64,000 bases of DNA from Hydrolagus colliei (Eukaryota): the NCBI GenBank assembly GCA_035084275.1, contig CM068754.1, forward strand, positions 13,640,001 to 13,704,000, read 5' to 3'. A model generated the notes under the pieces. The model searched no databases, was not told the DNA's origin, and saw only the letters and a program-made list of their open reading frames with translations. Positions 27,226 to 38,559 of this stretch are shown here, one piece after another; the stretch's first letter is position 1; each line of letters begins with the position of its first letter. Made by a program: the position numbers and the translations under genes.

Positions 27226-28630
27226 TGGTGCCAAAAGAAAGGTGCAGAAAATTTCAGCACCCAAGGGTATAACCCAGCAATTACTGTACCTGCAAACCAC
27301 TTTTGAAACATTTTGACTTCGTAGGTACAATCGCAAATTCAATCATTATTATTGTAAATACAGTGAAGCAAAACATAACTAACAGTAAATTGATATGGTT
27401 CTGTTCAGTTTTGCTCATTAATCCATTAGAAGTAGAGCAGTAGCTTTCTGTTCTGTCAAGTGAAACCGTTCTATACTTTGCACAGTGGTGCACCTGCAGC
27501 CTATTGAGGCAAGAACACATTGTTAGATGAGTACTGTATTAATATTCATTTGGCTTAACAAAATGATCATTGCAGCATAAAACACAAACCTAATTTTAAT
27601 GTTTTCATTCTTGATTATAATGCTAATCCTTACGCGTGATTTGGATCATAAATATACAAATGGCATTGAGCCCAATACAACTCAACTCTTGCTTGGAAAA
27701 TCCTAGTTTAAAATGTGACGTTTCCAGGTTCTGCCCTTCGTTCTAAGCGAAATTGTCAATTTAGTGTCAATTAGTGTCCAATTATGGACAGTTTTGTGTT
27801 GTGGATTCTAGGCCATTGGGAATTGGGATAAAACTGTCCAAATTCAATTCCTTGTGAACAAGCATTGATTGCTGTGAAGTGATGTGATCATTACCTGTCT
27901 TTTGTCATTAGCTCATAGTGACCTACTGTTGACTGAAATTGCTTGAAAATCTGGTTCCGTGTGGCTTAATTTTAATTTATTTCAACAGTATGTAGGAGAG
28001 ACCCAAATGCACAGAAACTCATCTCTGTTCAATCATTGATAAACACCTGTTTATGCATTTTAGCTATCAGTAGCAGTCACTGTGACATAAACTGGTAAAA
28101 AGGCCACTAATGATCCATCCAGAGCTCCAGATAGGTGCTCTCAGATAGAGAGCATTCATTTTCAAATTAGTTTTTCTGTGCAGATACAATTATGAAATTT
28201 AATTAGTGCCAGGAACTCGACACTGAATGAATGTTCTGTATATTGAATAAAAAGTTATTTGGAGTCTCATATTTCCCTTTAATCCACCTCCTTCACACCA
28301 TCTGCCTCAGTGATTCTTCCAAAACGGTTCCCCTGGTGATATCACCATCGCCACTGACAGCTTAAACAAAAACAAATTAACAAAGACATTAAGAACAATA
28401 GGATGTTCGAGTCAACTGATTTGACTTTTAAGAAGAGAGACGTTTAAGTGCTCCGAGTTGCTGTCCCTGTGAACAGCATGAAATGAATGCAAGTTGTTGT
28501 TGCAAGTGAAACCTAGTTTTGAAAAAATATAGAATGGGAAGCTCTTAATATTATTTAATTTCTTCATGGTCTGTTTTAAAATCCCTATATTAACCATTTG
28601 GTAATTGACTAATATTTCTGAGCAGAATTA

Positions 28631-28830
28631 CAGTTGTACGTAATTGGCCAAAGGGTTTTGCTCACAACATGTACAGTCCATTCACTTTACAGTATAATCT
28701 GTGAAGCATTTGGAGACATCTCGAAGACCTGCCAGGAATACTATTGCAGAGGGACAATTGTTGAAAATGCTACTTGAAATTACCAATTTTATTATTGTTT
28801 TTTTTTGGAGGGATTATTATTATTAGGCAT
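28631..28830. mobile_element. Two SINE fragments in opposite orientation
   Basis: Plus-strand 3' part at 28631-28730 and minus-strand central part at 28781-28830 (gagggattattattattaggc). Confidence 0.7.
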
Positions 28831-30169
28831 AATAAGTAGTACATGTGCAGTAGAACATCCACCATGCACTCATGTTGCTAACATATGGATTTAGGTTGAT
28901 GGGCTGTAGATTGTTGTAAGGTGGTGAACTAATGAGACCAGCAACATCTTGTATCAAGCTGAACATTGTACATGTGCAGCCTTGATAATCTTAAACTATC
29001 TTCATTTTGTTTGTTTATTGCTATAAACCAATAAAATCTCAATTGAAGAATAATATCCTTTCATTTGATATGGGGCCTTTCACGTACAGCGGATGTCTCA
29101 AAGCACTTCACAAGATGTGTATTTGGTAGGTCAATGGAGCAGCTGGTTTGTGCACAGCAACAGCACACAGTACTTGCAGGAAGACCAAATAGAATTTTGA
29201 CTATTAGGGACAAATATTTCAGAAGTTAAAAGAAAATTGTACATAGTTTTGGATAGATTGCTTGTTTTTAAGTAAGAAACCGTGCGGCTAAATTCACAGA
29301 ATCATAAACTGAGGTATTTATTTACAGATTATTTATTGTGATACAATTATCCAATATCTTCACTTGTGCCATTTGGAAAGATTCGCTAGGTAATCTGCAT
29401 TCTATCCATATTGTAATAGCTTCCCTAATAGGAATTTGATACTCAGCCACTTTCTTCTCATTTTTCACAACAAAAATTTCCCAGCTCCTCAGCAGAGACA
29501 AACAATTACTCTTCACCTCTTACTACTACTAAGCAAATAAGTTAGTACTCTACTGTGCAAATAAACTCCTCAGCAACTCACAGTGATAAAGGACAAATGG
29601 TTTAACTGAGGATTCCGGTGCCTAACTGATTGCTAATTAAAGATTAAGTTAAGTGCACAGTGCAAATAAATCTTCAGAATTGGATTTCAAAGAGCAAAGT
29701 AAAGGACACACTGGAGCAAACAGAAGTGCTTACTGCAGTGAATGCTCCAGCACCACAGGTCACAAAAATGAATTGAAACAACTGTACAAAAATCCAAATG
29801 GATGCAAGTAACGTGTAAAATCTCGATAGCAATAAAGCAGAGATGGATGAAGAGGAAATATTGCAGAACAAATTCAATTTTTTCCAAAACTATAAATAAA
29901 AATTGATTTTGAATCTATAATTGTATTTCAGATGAAAGATGAGGACCACAGACACTCTAGGTTCAAAGGAACATAGCACAACACTTCCATTTACATATTT
30001 TAAAATAATTAACAATGAAACAAACTTTACAAATAAGGTGCTTTGAATTGTCCCCTTTCTAACTGATTCGGCAATGAGCATTGTTTTGCATAATGGTTCC
30101 ATAGAGATCTTGTATTGCAACAAATTCCCTTTTCCAATTAAACCTGCTTTGCTTTGGGAGTCTGCTCAC

Positions 30170-30267
30170 TCTGAAATGAATTGTTGCCCTTGAATTTAGC
30201 CTTTCAAAAGACCTCAACCATTTTTGTTTAAACTGATATGCAGTGGAATTCTCCACATAGTCTAAAT
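30170..30267 (-). CDS. Weak candidate exon (D)LDYVENSTAYQFKQKWLRSFERLNSRATIHFR
   Basis: Acceptor tcttatttcccccacAG and donor AGA|GTGAGC. Only one frame is open and the length is 98 bp. The phase does not join directly to the 17862 exon. Confidence 0.2.
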
Positions 30268-30921
30268 CTGTGGGGGAAATAAGACTCATATTCATGTCAA
30301 ATGATGATGCTTTATTCTCGTGCTTTAATATTTAAATATTCAATTGCTTGCTTGCGCTGAATTTAGAATTTTTAGATTTTATTCCCTTGAGATGTATTTT
30401 TTGGTTTCTATTTTAATATCGCTTTGAAAAATCACACACAGGTCATGCATGCCACAACTAAACATGGGTCTATTCCCCTACTCACCGCCCTCTCACAACA
30501 ACAGCAACATTACATTTATACAGCGCCTCACCTCGGGAGGACGTCCAAAGCTTGGTGGAAAGTTGCAGTGGTTAGAAAAATACTCAATTTTGTACAAATA
30601 AAGCAAATGTAAAGCTCGGAAGAAATATTGCGCTGTGCAAGTGTTTCCTCATCAGCTGGTCAGAAACAATCACCAAGGACCTATGTCATAGGTGAATACT
30701 ATTCAATTGTGTGATTTGAAACACAAATATGATTTATGTCTGCCAAACTTTGGAAACCAAACCCATATTTAATTCACTCAGGATGTAACCCTGTCAAAGC
30801 ATATTCCTGTGAACGCATTTTATTGGTGTTTGATTCAAACTCATTGTGAATACATTTTGCTGTATTTTAAGTATAAACCCTTCATTATTTAATATTTCAT
30901 TTACATCAAACATTAAATATA

Positions 30922-31474
30922 CAGGTACCCCTCCCCAACCGCGGGAGATACGTTCCTGTAAACCTTCGTGGTTAGTACAACCGCAGTTGGAAAATGCAGG
31001 GCCCTATGGGAAACATAGGGATAGGGGGAGTAAGTTTGCTTGTCCTTGAACTAAAGACAAACAAATTTATGTTAGTGTATTTATCTAAATCCTAATGATG
31101 ATGATGATGGGGGAGGTGGTTGTTACATGCTGTTACATGGAAGAGGGGCCCTGCCACCCTCTTCCTCCTCCAGATCATAAATCACCGACGAGTGCAAGGG
31201 GGATGTGGAGAAGGTGGTGTGATGGGTGACACTGAGGGGGGTGGATGCGGGGAAGCGACATCGTGGCTGGTTGATTGCGACATCGCAACTGGGTCCTAGC
31301 GCCAAACATTAGCGCGAAGCGACATCGTGGCTGATTGATGCAACTGGGTCCTAGTGCCAAACGCTAGTGTTAGTGTTAAAACCCATGATTACGCAAAATT
31401 CACTGCCGCACTGAGGCAATCATGGATACGTGAAATTCGCGGTAAAAAAAAACGCGGTTGGGGCGGGGTACCTG
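30922..31474. mobile_element. Non-autonomous Tc1/mariner-superfamily (Tigger/pogo-like) MITE
   Basis: TA|caggtacccctccccaaccgcg ... cgcggttggggcggggtacctg|TA. The 22-bp TIR has one mismatch and there is a TA TSD. The interior is CpG-rich with a tandem duplication at 31252-31369. Confidence 0.92.
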
Positions 31475-31484
31475 TACAAGATAG

Positions 31485-31830
31485 CGACCAGGGAATCAAA
31501 AAGAGAATTTTGGAGGTATTATTTCATGCAGAGGATAGCTAGACTGTGGAACTCACTGCCTGAAATGTTGTTTGAATCTGATTGTATGTGTGATTTGAAA
31601 CAAGCAAATGATTTATGTCCACCAAGCTTTGGAAACCTAATTCATTTAGGATGTAGCCTTGTCAAAGCATATTCCTGTGAACACATTGAAGAAGAAGCTA
31701 GATCTTCACATGAGGGAGAGTGTAATAGAAGAGTATAGGCAGCAGTAAGAAATGGGTGGAGACTTGTGCAGAGTGTGAACACTGCATGGACTAGTTGGGT
31801 TGAATGGCTGGTTTCTGTGGTGTACAATCT
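31485..31830 (+). mobile_element. CR1 LINE 3' end, interrupted by a ~100-bp local duplication
   Basis: Encodes KREFWRYYFMQRIARLWNSLPE (CR1 ORF2 C-terminus) and ends ggactagttgggttgaatggctggtttctgtggtgtacaatctat. Confidence 0.85.
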
Positions 31831-32399
31831 ATATCGATATCTGCACCTTCTGCTTCCCAATCAACCCGGCTGATAGATTGAGTTATTTCACAGACACAGA
31901 AGTGCAGCTTCGCTTCATTGATTATATTTAGTGAACATCTACTTTTAACTATCCTTTAAATTTCTAATTCAGCCTACTCTTCTTGATAGAAATCGTTCAG
32001 GATGAGAAAAGAAAATTGCAATTAGCCACCAATTGCAATTACCAGAAGTGTGATTGAGAATGCATCGTACGTAATGTATCGTTAAAATATTTCTTAAAGC
32101 TTGGGGTTTGTAAGGACACTTATCTTGATGTACCCTCTGTGCATCCAATACTATTCAACTTATTTCCCCAAACGTTTTTTATTGTGAACTGTGGATTGAG
32201 CCATTCAAATCACCTTGAATCAGGTTTGCATAATTTATACATTCTGATTTGAACTCTTGGCTTCACCACAGTTTAGCAACATCATCAGAAAGAAGATGTC
32301 ATTTTACATTGTGATACTGCAACTTACTGTGAATAGGAGCCAATATTTTCAGCCACATTAAATCTTTACGAGATGCTCAAGCAACACATTACTGTTGCT

Positions 32400-32731
32400 T
32401 GAGCTCCTGTGGCTCAGTGGTTATAGCACTTGTCTTGCAAGCTGGGGAGACCTGTGTTCGAATCCAGGCAGGTCAGGGCGAAACCTTGGGCAAGTTTCCT
32501 TACTCCACACGCCTAATAATAATCCCTCCAAAAAAACACAATAATAAAATTGGTCATTTCAATCCACGACTGTGTGTGGGACACTGCTGTGCGCAATTGG
32601 CTGCCGCGATTCGCCCACAAATATATACAGTCAATTCACCTTACAGTATATTCTGTGAAGCGCTTTGGGACGTTGATAAGATGTGGAAAGCGCTATATCA
32701 AATGCAAGGATTATTATTATTATTATTATTA
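32400..32731 (+). mobile_element. Full-length young SINE, short variant (reference copy)
   Basis: A-box tggctcagtgg, B-box gttcgaatcc and an Ala-like anticodon loop cttgcaa. Deu-like ctgtgcgcaattggctgccgcg retains CpGs, followed by an L2-type tail and (ATT)n. Confidence 0.95.
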
Positions 32732-32769
32732 CTGGGCTCTACTATGCTATTTCAGTTCTCCTCATGGAA

Positions 32770-33058
32770 TTAATAATAATAGTAATTGTTACATTTGAAA
32801 TAGCACTTTTTACATCTTCTAGACATCTCAAAGAGCTTCACAGAATATACTGTAAAGTGAATTAACTGTATATTTGTGGGCGAAATGTGGCAGACAATTG
32901 TGCACAACAGTGTTTCACAAACAGTCAATTTTGTTTTCTCGTGGGATTATTATTAAGCGTGCAGGGTAAGGAAACTTGCCCAAGGTTTCGCCCTGCCTGG
33001 AATCAAACCCAGGTCTCTCACTTGCGAAGCGAGTGCTCTAACCACTCAGCTACAAGAG
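32770..33058 (-). mobile_element. Full-length SINE, short variant, inverted relative to 32400-32731
   Basis: Reverse complement reads gtagctgagtggttagagcactcgcttcgcaagtgagagacctgggtttgattccaggcagggcgaaaccttgggcaag through to the tail. Confidence 0.92.
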
Positions 33059-34470
33059 TGAAATAGTCACTACAGTGACTAACTATTGTTGCATCAACAT
33101 CCATGTATGGAGATGAGATACAGGTGACCAAAATGACGTATTTTTCACCTACCCTATTATCTAAAAATATATATGCAGTATTAGCATTTCTTACGACTTA
33201 TTAGCTTGTGGAATGGCATCACTACATTTTGGTTACCCTGTATTATGCAAAGTGCATTTAGACAATTCAGGTTATTCAACAGGCTACTTTCAGATTATGT
33301 CAACTTTCATTAACCAGGACAGTTTAAACAGGTGTAAGAAAACTACCCTCCAGTTTCACTGCAACCAACGGAATAATTAGCTGAGCTAGATAGATCTGAC
33401 AGAATCCAAACCAGATCATTTCAGCTAGTCCAGAAATTCTTTATTGGGATTTGAAAACTAGATTGTCCAGGGAGATTTATAGTTTTCTAGTTTGCGGTTG
33501 TCAGAATAAACCAAGCAAGTGACATGTGTGCTTGAAATTGTTTGAATTTGAGATGCCAGACTTTTGGTTTCCTGCTTATTCTTCCAGATAGCCGGATGCC
33601 AAAACGTGACAGTAACAACAATAAGATGTAATGAGCTGGGCTTGACTGTATTCATGTTGATACACAGAGTTAACAGATGATTATAGCTAAAGCAAATTCA
33701 GGTTTGAACACAGAAACTATACAATATCAGTCTTAGCTTCCAACTTTCATGTGTTTTTTTTGCAGTTGGTTGCAATAGTCCCAAATCACTGGGTGACAGT
33801 GGGCAGTGATATAGTTATATCTTTAAAAATGGCTCCTTGCCATAGTGTACTGCCGGAAGTGATCAGGTCATTAACGCATGAATTACATCAGAAATGCTAA
33901 CAATAATGATACTGCTATAACAATATCTAGTTAGGCCATACCACATAGGTAATATTGGGCAATGATAAACCCATTGGTTTTGCCTTTATCTAACTGACAC
34001 TACAGTACTTAATTCCTTTTTACAAATCATATAAACCAAATACATTTTGAATATGGGGGGTGGTGAGGTTGCCAGTGGTCATGAGGGTGTCTTACCATCA
34101 TCTGCAAGTAATTCAGGTTAGTCCACAAGGGGAACATACATTACATCATTAGGTCTTCATATTCAATGCCCCGCTTAGTCCATCAAGAGTCATTTGTAGT
34201 GAAATTCTGTATTTAATGCAGTTTATGCACAGGATATACAAAACAGTGCCTAATTATTTCTCCAACTGAGCATTTACACAAAAGTGCGATTTATTGCCTC
34301 TGTCGTCCCTAAATATGAGGGTCATCTCTTATGACAATGCAAACATTGAAATACTTTCACTTAGTTCTCAATGACAGGTTTAGTGAGATTTTGGGAGTAC
34401 TATTGGTAACCTAATGTTAAGGCAACTGAATATCTAGGTTTTTTTTTTATAAGAGCACCTGCAAAATACT

Positions 34471-34612
34471 AACAATCAACAACAACTAGCACTGATATCC
34501 CTCCACGCTGGATAGTGTCTCAGAGCACCTAACAGTGGCGGATCCTGTCTCCGGGCTGGGGCGTTGGAGGTAGATGGCCATAAGCACAGACAAAGAAGAA
34601 GGTTTTCAGGTG
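34471..34612 (-). mobile_element. L2 3' end fragment
   Basis: (AAC)n tail plus agacaaagaagaaggttttcagg (antisense of LKTFFF). Confidence 0.65.
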
Positions 34613-34619
34613 GGACTGC

Positions 34620-34850
34620 CCCTGTCTTCCCCAGCCCCACCACCCGACCATCTTCCCATCAAAGCATCAAGTTTTTTTTAAAAATACGTCCAGTGTCCTG
34701 CGCTGAACCGCCCTTCCTGACAATCTATGCCTGTCAGTAATCAACTTCTAGGAATAGAAACACATCCTGGTGTCTGTCCTGAAATTGCCTTCTGCGTTTC
34801 TGTACTGTATATCCTTTTATTCTATTGTCTTAGCCTGTCTTCTTCTTCTT
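34620..34850 (-). mobile_element. CR1 3' fragment
   Basis: gcatcaagtttttttta...gaaacacatcctggtgtctgtcctgaaattgccttc is an antisense CR1 ORF2 end. Confidence 0.55.
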
Positions 34851-34965
34851 ATTAGCACATCCTGAAGTATTATCCTAAAGTTTATTTCCACTTACTACAT
34901 GTGTGAGGTATGTGTGAGGTACATGGTTTCACCGCCCTAACCGCGTCCACCGCCCTAACCGCCCA

Positions 34966-35262
34966 ACCATCGGCAGCCGGGCTTTCAGCTTCTCTGCTCA
35001 CACTGTGGAATTCCATCCCGCAGTGCCTTCGCCTTGCTTCCACCCTTTCTTCCTTCAAGGCCGGCCTCAAGACCTTCCTCTTCGACCGCCCCACTAACTC
35101 TTCCCCCTCTCCCACTCTCCTTCGAAGCCCCCCCGCACCTTCCCCCTTCCCCCCCCACCCCCACCCCCACCCTCGCTCGGGTCCCGACCAGACTGTTCAG
35201 CGCTTTGGGACGTCCTCCCAACGTGAAAGGCGCTATGTAAGTGCAATTTTGTTGTTGTTGTT
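34966..35262 (+). mobile_element. Young L2 LINE 3' end with (TTG)n tail
   Basis: Encodes TLWNSIPQCLRLASTLSSFKAGLKTFLFDR (L2 ORF2 C-terminus). A C-rich UTR leads to cagcgctttgggacgtcctcccaacgtgaaaggcgctat and (ttg)n. CpGs are retained. Confidence 0.92.
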
Positions 35263-36589
35263 CCAGTCAGGATTGTGCTGTCTGAGGTCCTGTTACCCTG
35301 CAGCTGTGAGTTGCTGACGGACGTACTGCATAAATGTAGTGAAATGAACAGAGAAAGAGGAAAGCCATGAAGCCAATTTGCAGGATAACAAATCCTAATA
35401 AGCTATAGTAGCTGTCCATTGAGAATTATTAGATCTAATAATTTTTGGTATTAAATTCACTTTGCATTTTAAAATCTTACTGCATGAAAAATGAAATTTC
35501 ATTCATTTATAAAATATGTTCCTCCAACTGACTACACTCAACCCTTGACTGAATTGAAATTCATTTTTCACCTCTCTGTATAGAATAATCATTATGTAAG
35601 ATCATTGGTGTGACTTTTTTTAAACCTGAAAACTTTCCAGAGAATAGAAATAACTTCTGAGCCCTCTTTGTTTAAAAGCCTTGAAGAGGCAATGCCAATA
35701 TATATGTGCAGGTACACAACAATACAAAATTAATATCAACTGTATTAGCTAAGCACTACTGCATGTACTAGGTTGTACTTTAAGGCTATAAAATATAACA
35801 AATTAGTAAACACAATAAAGGTTCTGAGAATATTTTATTTGTGTATGTTCACCAGAATTCGTCTTCCATGCTATGTTCCAAGTGATCTTGCGTGGATTTC
35901 TGATGCACAATGGCGGATACCAATAGGTATATAAAAATATCTTGTGGAGCATTTTCACAGTAACAACATAGACATAGAAATTAAGCCTGCTTGCCAAAAT
36001 AATTAGTATGGATTAAGTTATTTGGATATTCTGCTGCTGCATTGTAAACCCTGCAGTGTACTAAAACTATTTATGTGTGTTGATGTACATTGTGCTGACA
36101 ACCAAATGTCCGCAGAACACTGGAGAGAATGATGCTTGTGGACATCACATCAGTAATTTGTGGAAATTATTACGTTAACATTACAGCGATGGCCCCTTTG
36201 TTGCAACTAAACAGCACATTATGATTTATTGTTACAGAGTACAGGTTATAAAATATAGCTTCATATTGTTCTGTACATTTGGTGAATCTTTGTGGAAGCT
36301 GAGAAAAGCCACAGACTTCAAGTGAACAACTTTTGGGACGACAGAAGGGTGTATAAAGTATAGAAGTCAGGGTGGAAGTTTTAGAATTCTAGCTCCTGAT
36401 TTTGTCTCGCCCATGTCTACCTTTCCATCATTTCACAATTGTCTGCCGTTCATTATTTTATTGTATCACTCAGCAACGTAAGGGAAAAACTAACAAAACA
36501 CCAGCAATTTAATCCATGTACTGTATAAGGTAAGTGTACCTTAACTAGAATTGGCACAATTGCCAATATTAAAAAGAATTCAAATTCCA

Positions 36590-36990
36590 CTGTACTGAGC
36601 TTGGATTGCAGGGCAGATATTTTAGCAGCAGCTGCGAGGGGGAGAGATTTTTGGAGAGGAAAGTCGCACCTGGCTAGAGCCAATTTGCTGCCATCAACAC
36701 TGCTGGCTGCAGGCAGCAAATTGATGGCATCACATTGGCATTCAGCCAATGTGGCTTTCCTTTCCGCTGCAGGCATCAGGTCAGGTGGACAAGTAAAAGT
36801 GAATACAAACAGGAGCAAAATGAGGGGAACCCGCTTGTACACAGTCATAAAAGTCAACTTTTTAAAAAAAAATGCCTTGTCTCCATGTTTTATCAGATTG
36901 TTATGTCCCTTGTCAACAGAAAACATTGCCCTTTGCTCCCTGCCTTTGACAGTAAGGTTAGGAACGGAACTCCCTCTGTGGGAATGATAA
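36590..36990. promoter_or_regulatory. Unique GC-richer segment with inverted repeats; possible conserved non-coding element
   Basis: No repeat similarity recognised. caatttgctgcc/ggcagcaaattg and cacattggc/gccaatgtg are inverted repeats. Conservation cannot be seen from one sequence. Confidence 0.3.
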
Positions 36991-38142
36991 CTGTGGGCCT
37001 ATGTTCTCACACTCTGTTAGACAACACACTGAAATACTTACGTGCCAAACTGACGTACCATCCTTTTCCTGTTTGTTAACTTTGAATGTAACAAATCTTT
37101 TTTTTAAATCTCCCAACACATTTCTTATCATTACAGCTTTCTGCTGTCAAAGCAACATTTATCAGGGGAAAAAAAGAACAACAAAGCGAGGATGAAAGAC
37201 TAGTCCTGACCAGATGCAATTTATTGCAAAGGAATATATGCAGCTCTCACTGGTGCTGACAGTTTTAAAATTCAGCCCCAGTAGTTGTGTGAAGTGGGAG
37301 CTGTGTGTTCTGAATAATGTACTCCATTCTGAGATTCCTCTGTTTGTGTTCGTAAGACTTAATAATGGATGCACTGTGTCTGTATCTGTCTGAAAAACAC
37401 TGCAGCTTTATTGCAAAATCAACCTGTCCTCGAGACGGGGGAGGAATCTGCAGTTCTTATAATTTCAATTAGACATTTTGAACTTAGTGCTTGACTTTTC
37501 ATCTCAACCCTCATCCCCTTCTCAGAAGGAACTCTGGAAATGATTCGGTTCCACTCGCTGAATTTAGCTAATTCATCAATATGCCCTGGGCTAATTTGCT
37601 CTAATCATCCAGTTTTAGTGAATTTTTCACTGCATGCCCACAATTGTTGGTGTACCATGTATTAAAACTAAGGCAAACGTTGGCAAATTTCCTACCTAGC
37701 AAATAAATTGAGCGGAATAATAAGCTGTTTGTTTGCCACTGAAAAGAAAGAAAATGGTTTTAATTAATTACAGGGAGTCATGTATGATTCTGAGCTCTTA
37801 ATTCATACTATACTAATACTATACAAATCACATTGATCTAAAGATGTTGCAGTATTGTATTACCTTGTGTTCTTGAGTTGATATGGAAGCCTGCATGAGA
37901 AACAAAAATGCAGCATTTCGAAGAATGTCTCGATGGGAGAATTACCTGCTGGAAATGAATGATGTAAATAGCAAATATGTTTTTAAAAATTGACAGACCC
38001 TCATTAACAAAAAGCACTTTGAAGTGCTAAAGAGAATATAAAAGCAGCATGCTTAACTAATCTTCTGCAGTCAATTTTTAAATCGTTTTCCTATCAGGTA
38101 TTGTTTTATGCTTTGCCTACTGAAGAATTTCAGTGTGTACAT

Positions 38143-38480
38143 AGAGCTCCTGTGGCTTAGCGGTTAGAGCACTTGTCTTGCAAGCTGAGGAGATCAAGCT
38201 GGGGAGACCTGTTCGAATCCAGGAGGCAGGTCAGAGCAAAATCTTGGGCAAGTTTCCTTACTTCACACGCCTAATAATAATCCGTCCAAAAAAACCACAA
38301 TAATAAAATTGGTCATTTCAATCCCCGACTGTTTGTGGGACACTGCTGTGCGCAATTGGCTGCCACGATTCGCCCACAAATATACACAGTCAATTCACTT
38401 TACAGTATATTCTGTGAAGCGCTTTGGGCCATTGATAAGATGTGAAAAGCGCTATATCAAATGCAAGGATTATTATTATC
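38143..38480 (+). mobile_element. Full-length young SINE, short variant
   Basis: Near-identical to 32400-32731, with a short internal duplication caagctgaggagat-caagctggggagac. Confidence 0.95.
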
Positions 38481-38559
38481 AACTCTTTGTGAAGAATTCC
38501 GTAGCAGACTCTGGGATTCAAACTGGATTTCAGCTTTGGGGAAACCCAATCTTTTCGGC

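Noticed and set aside
30643-30660. Minus-strand CTGATGAGGAAAC hammerhead-like core
   Set aside because: There is no room for stem II and no stem I or III pairing.
32400-32480. tRNA-Ala-like genes at SINE heads (also 14000-14065, 20986-21060, 38143-38230, 62390-62460)
   Set aside because: A and B boxes are present, but there is no proper acceptor stem and each continues into the SINE body. These are SINE heads, not tRNA genes.
32550-32798. Recurrent ORFs such as WDTAVRNWLPRFAHKY...KCKDYYY (also 1005, 13666, 38309, 57074, 62078) suggesting a gene family
   Set aside because: They are chance translations of SINE copies, and the poly-Y/I/L runs come from the (ATT)n tail.
34910-35317. 135-aa proline-rich ORF
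   Set aside because: It is the L2 ORF2 tail plus its C-rich 3' UTR.
35856-35926. Plus-strand mini-exon IRLPCYVPSDLAWISDAQWRIPI
   Set aside because: The donor (gtatat) is weak and there are no supporting neighbours.
36453-37079. Three overlapping ORFs of 114-157 aa
   Set aside because: No recognisable domain or splice framework. Overlap in several frames is expected from locally higher GC.
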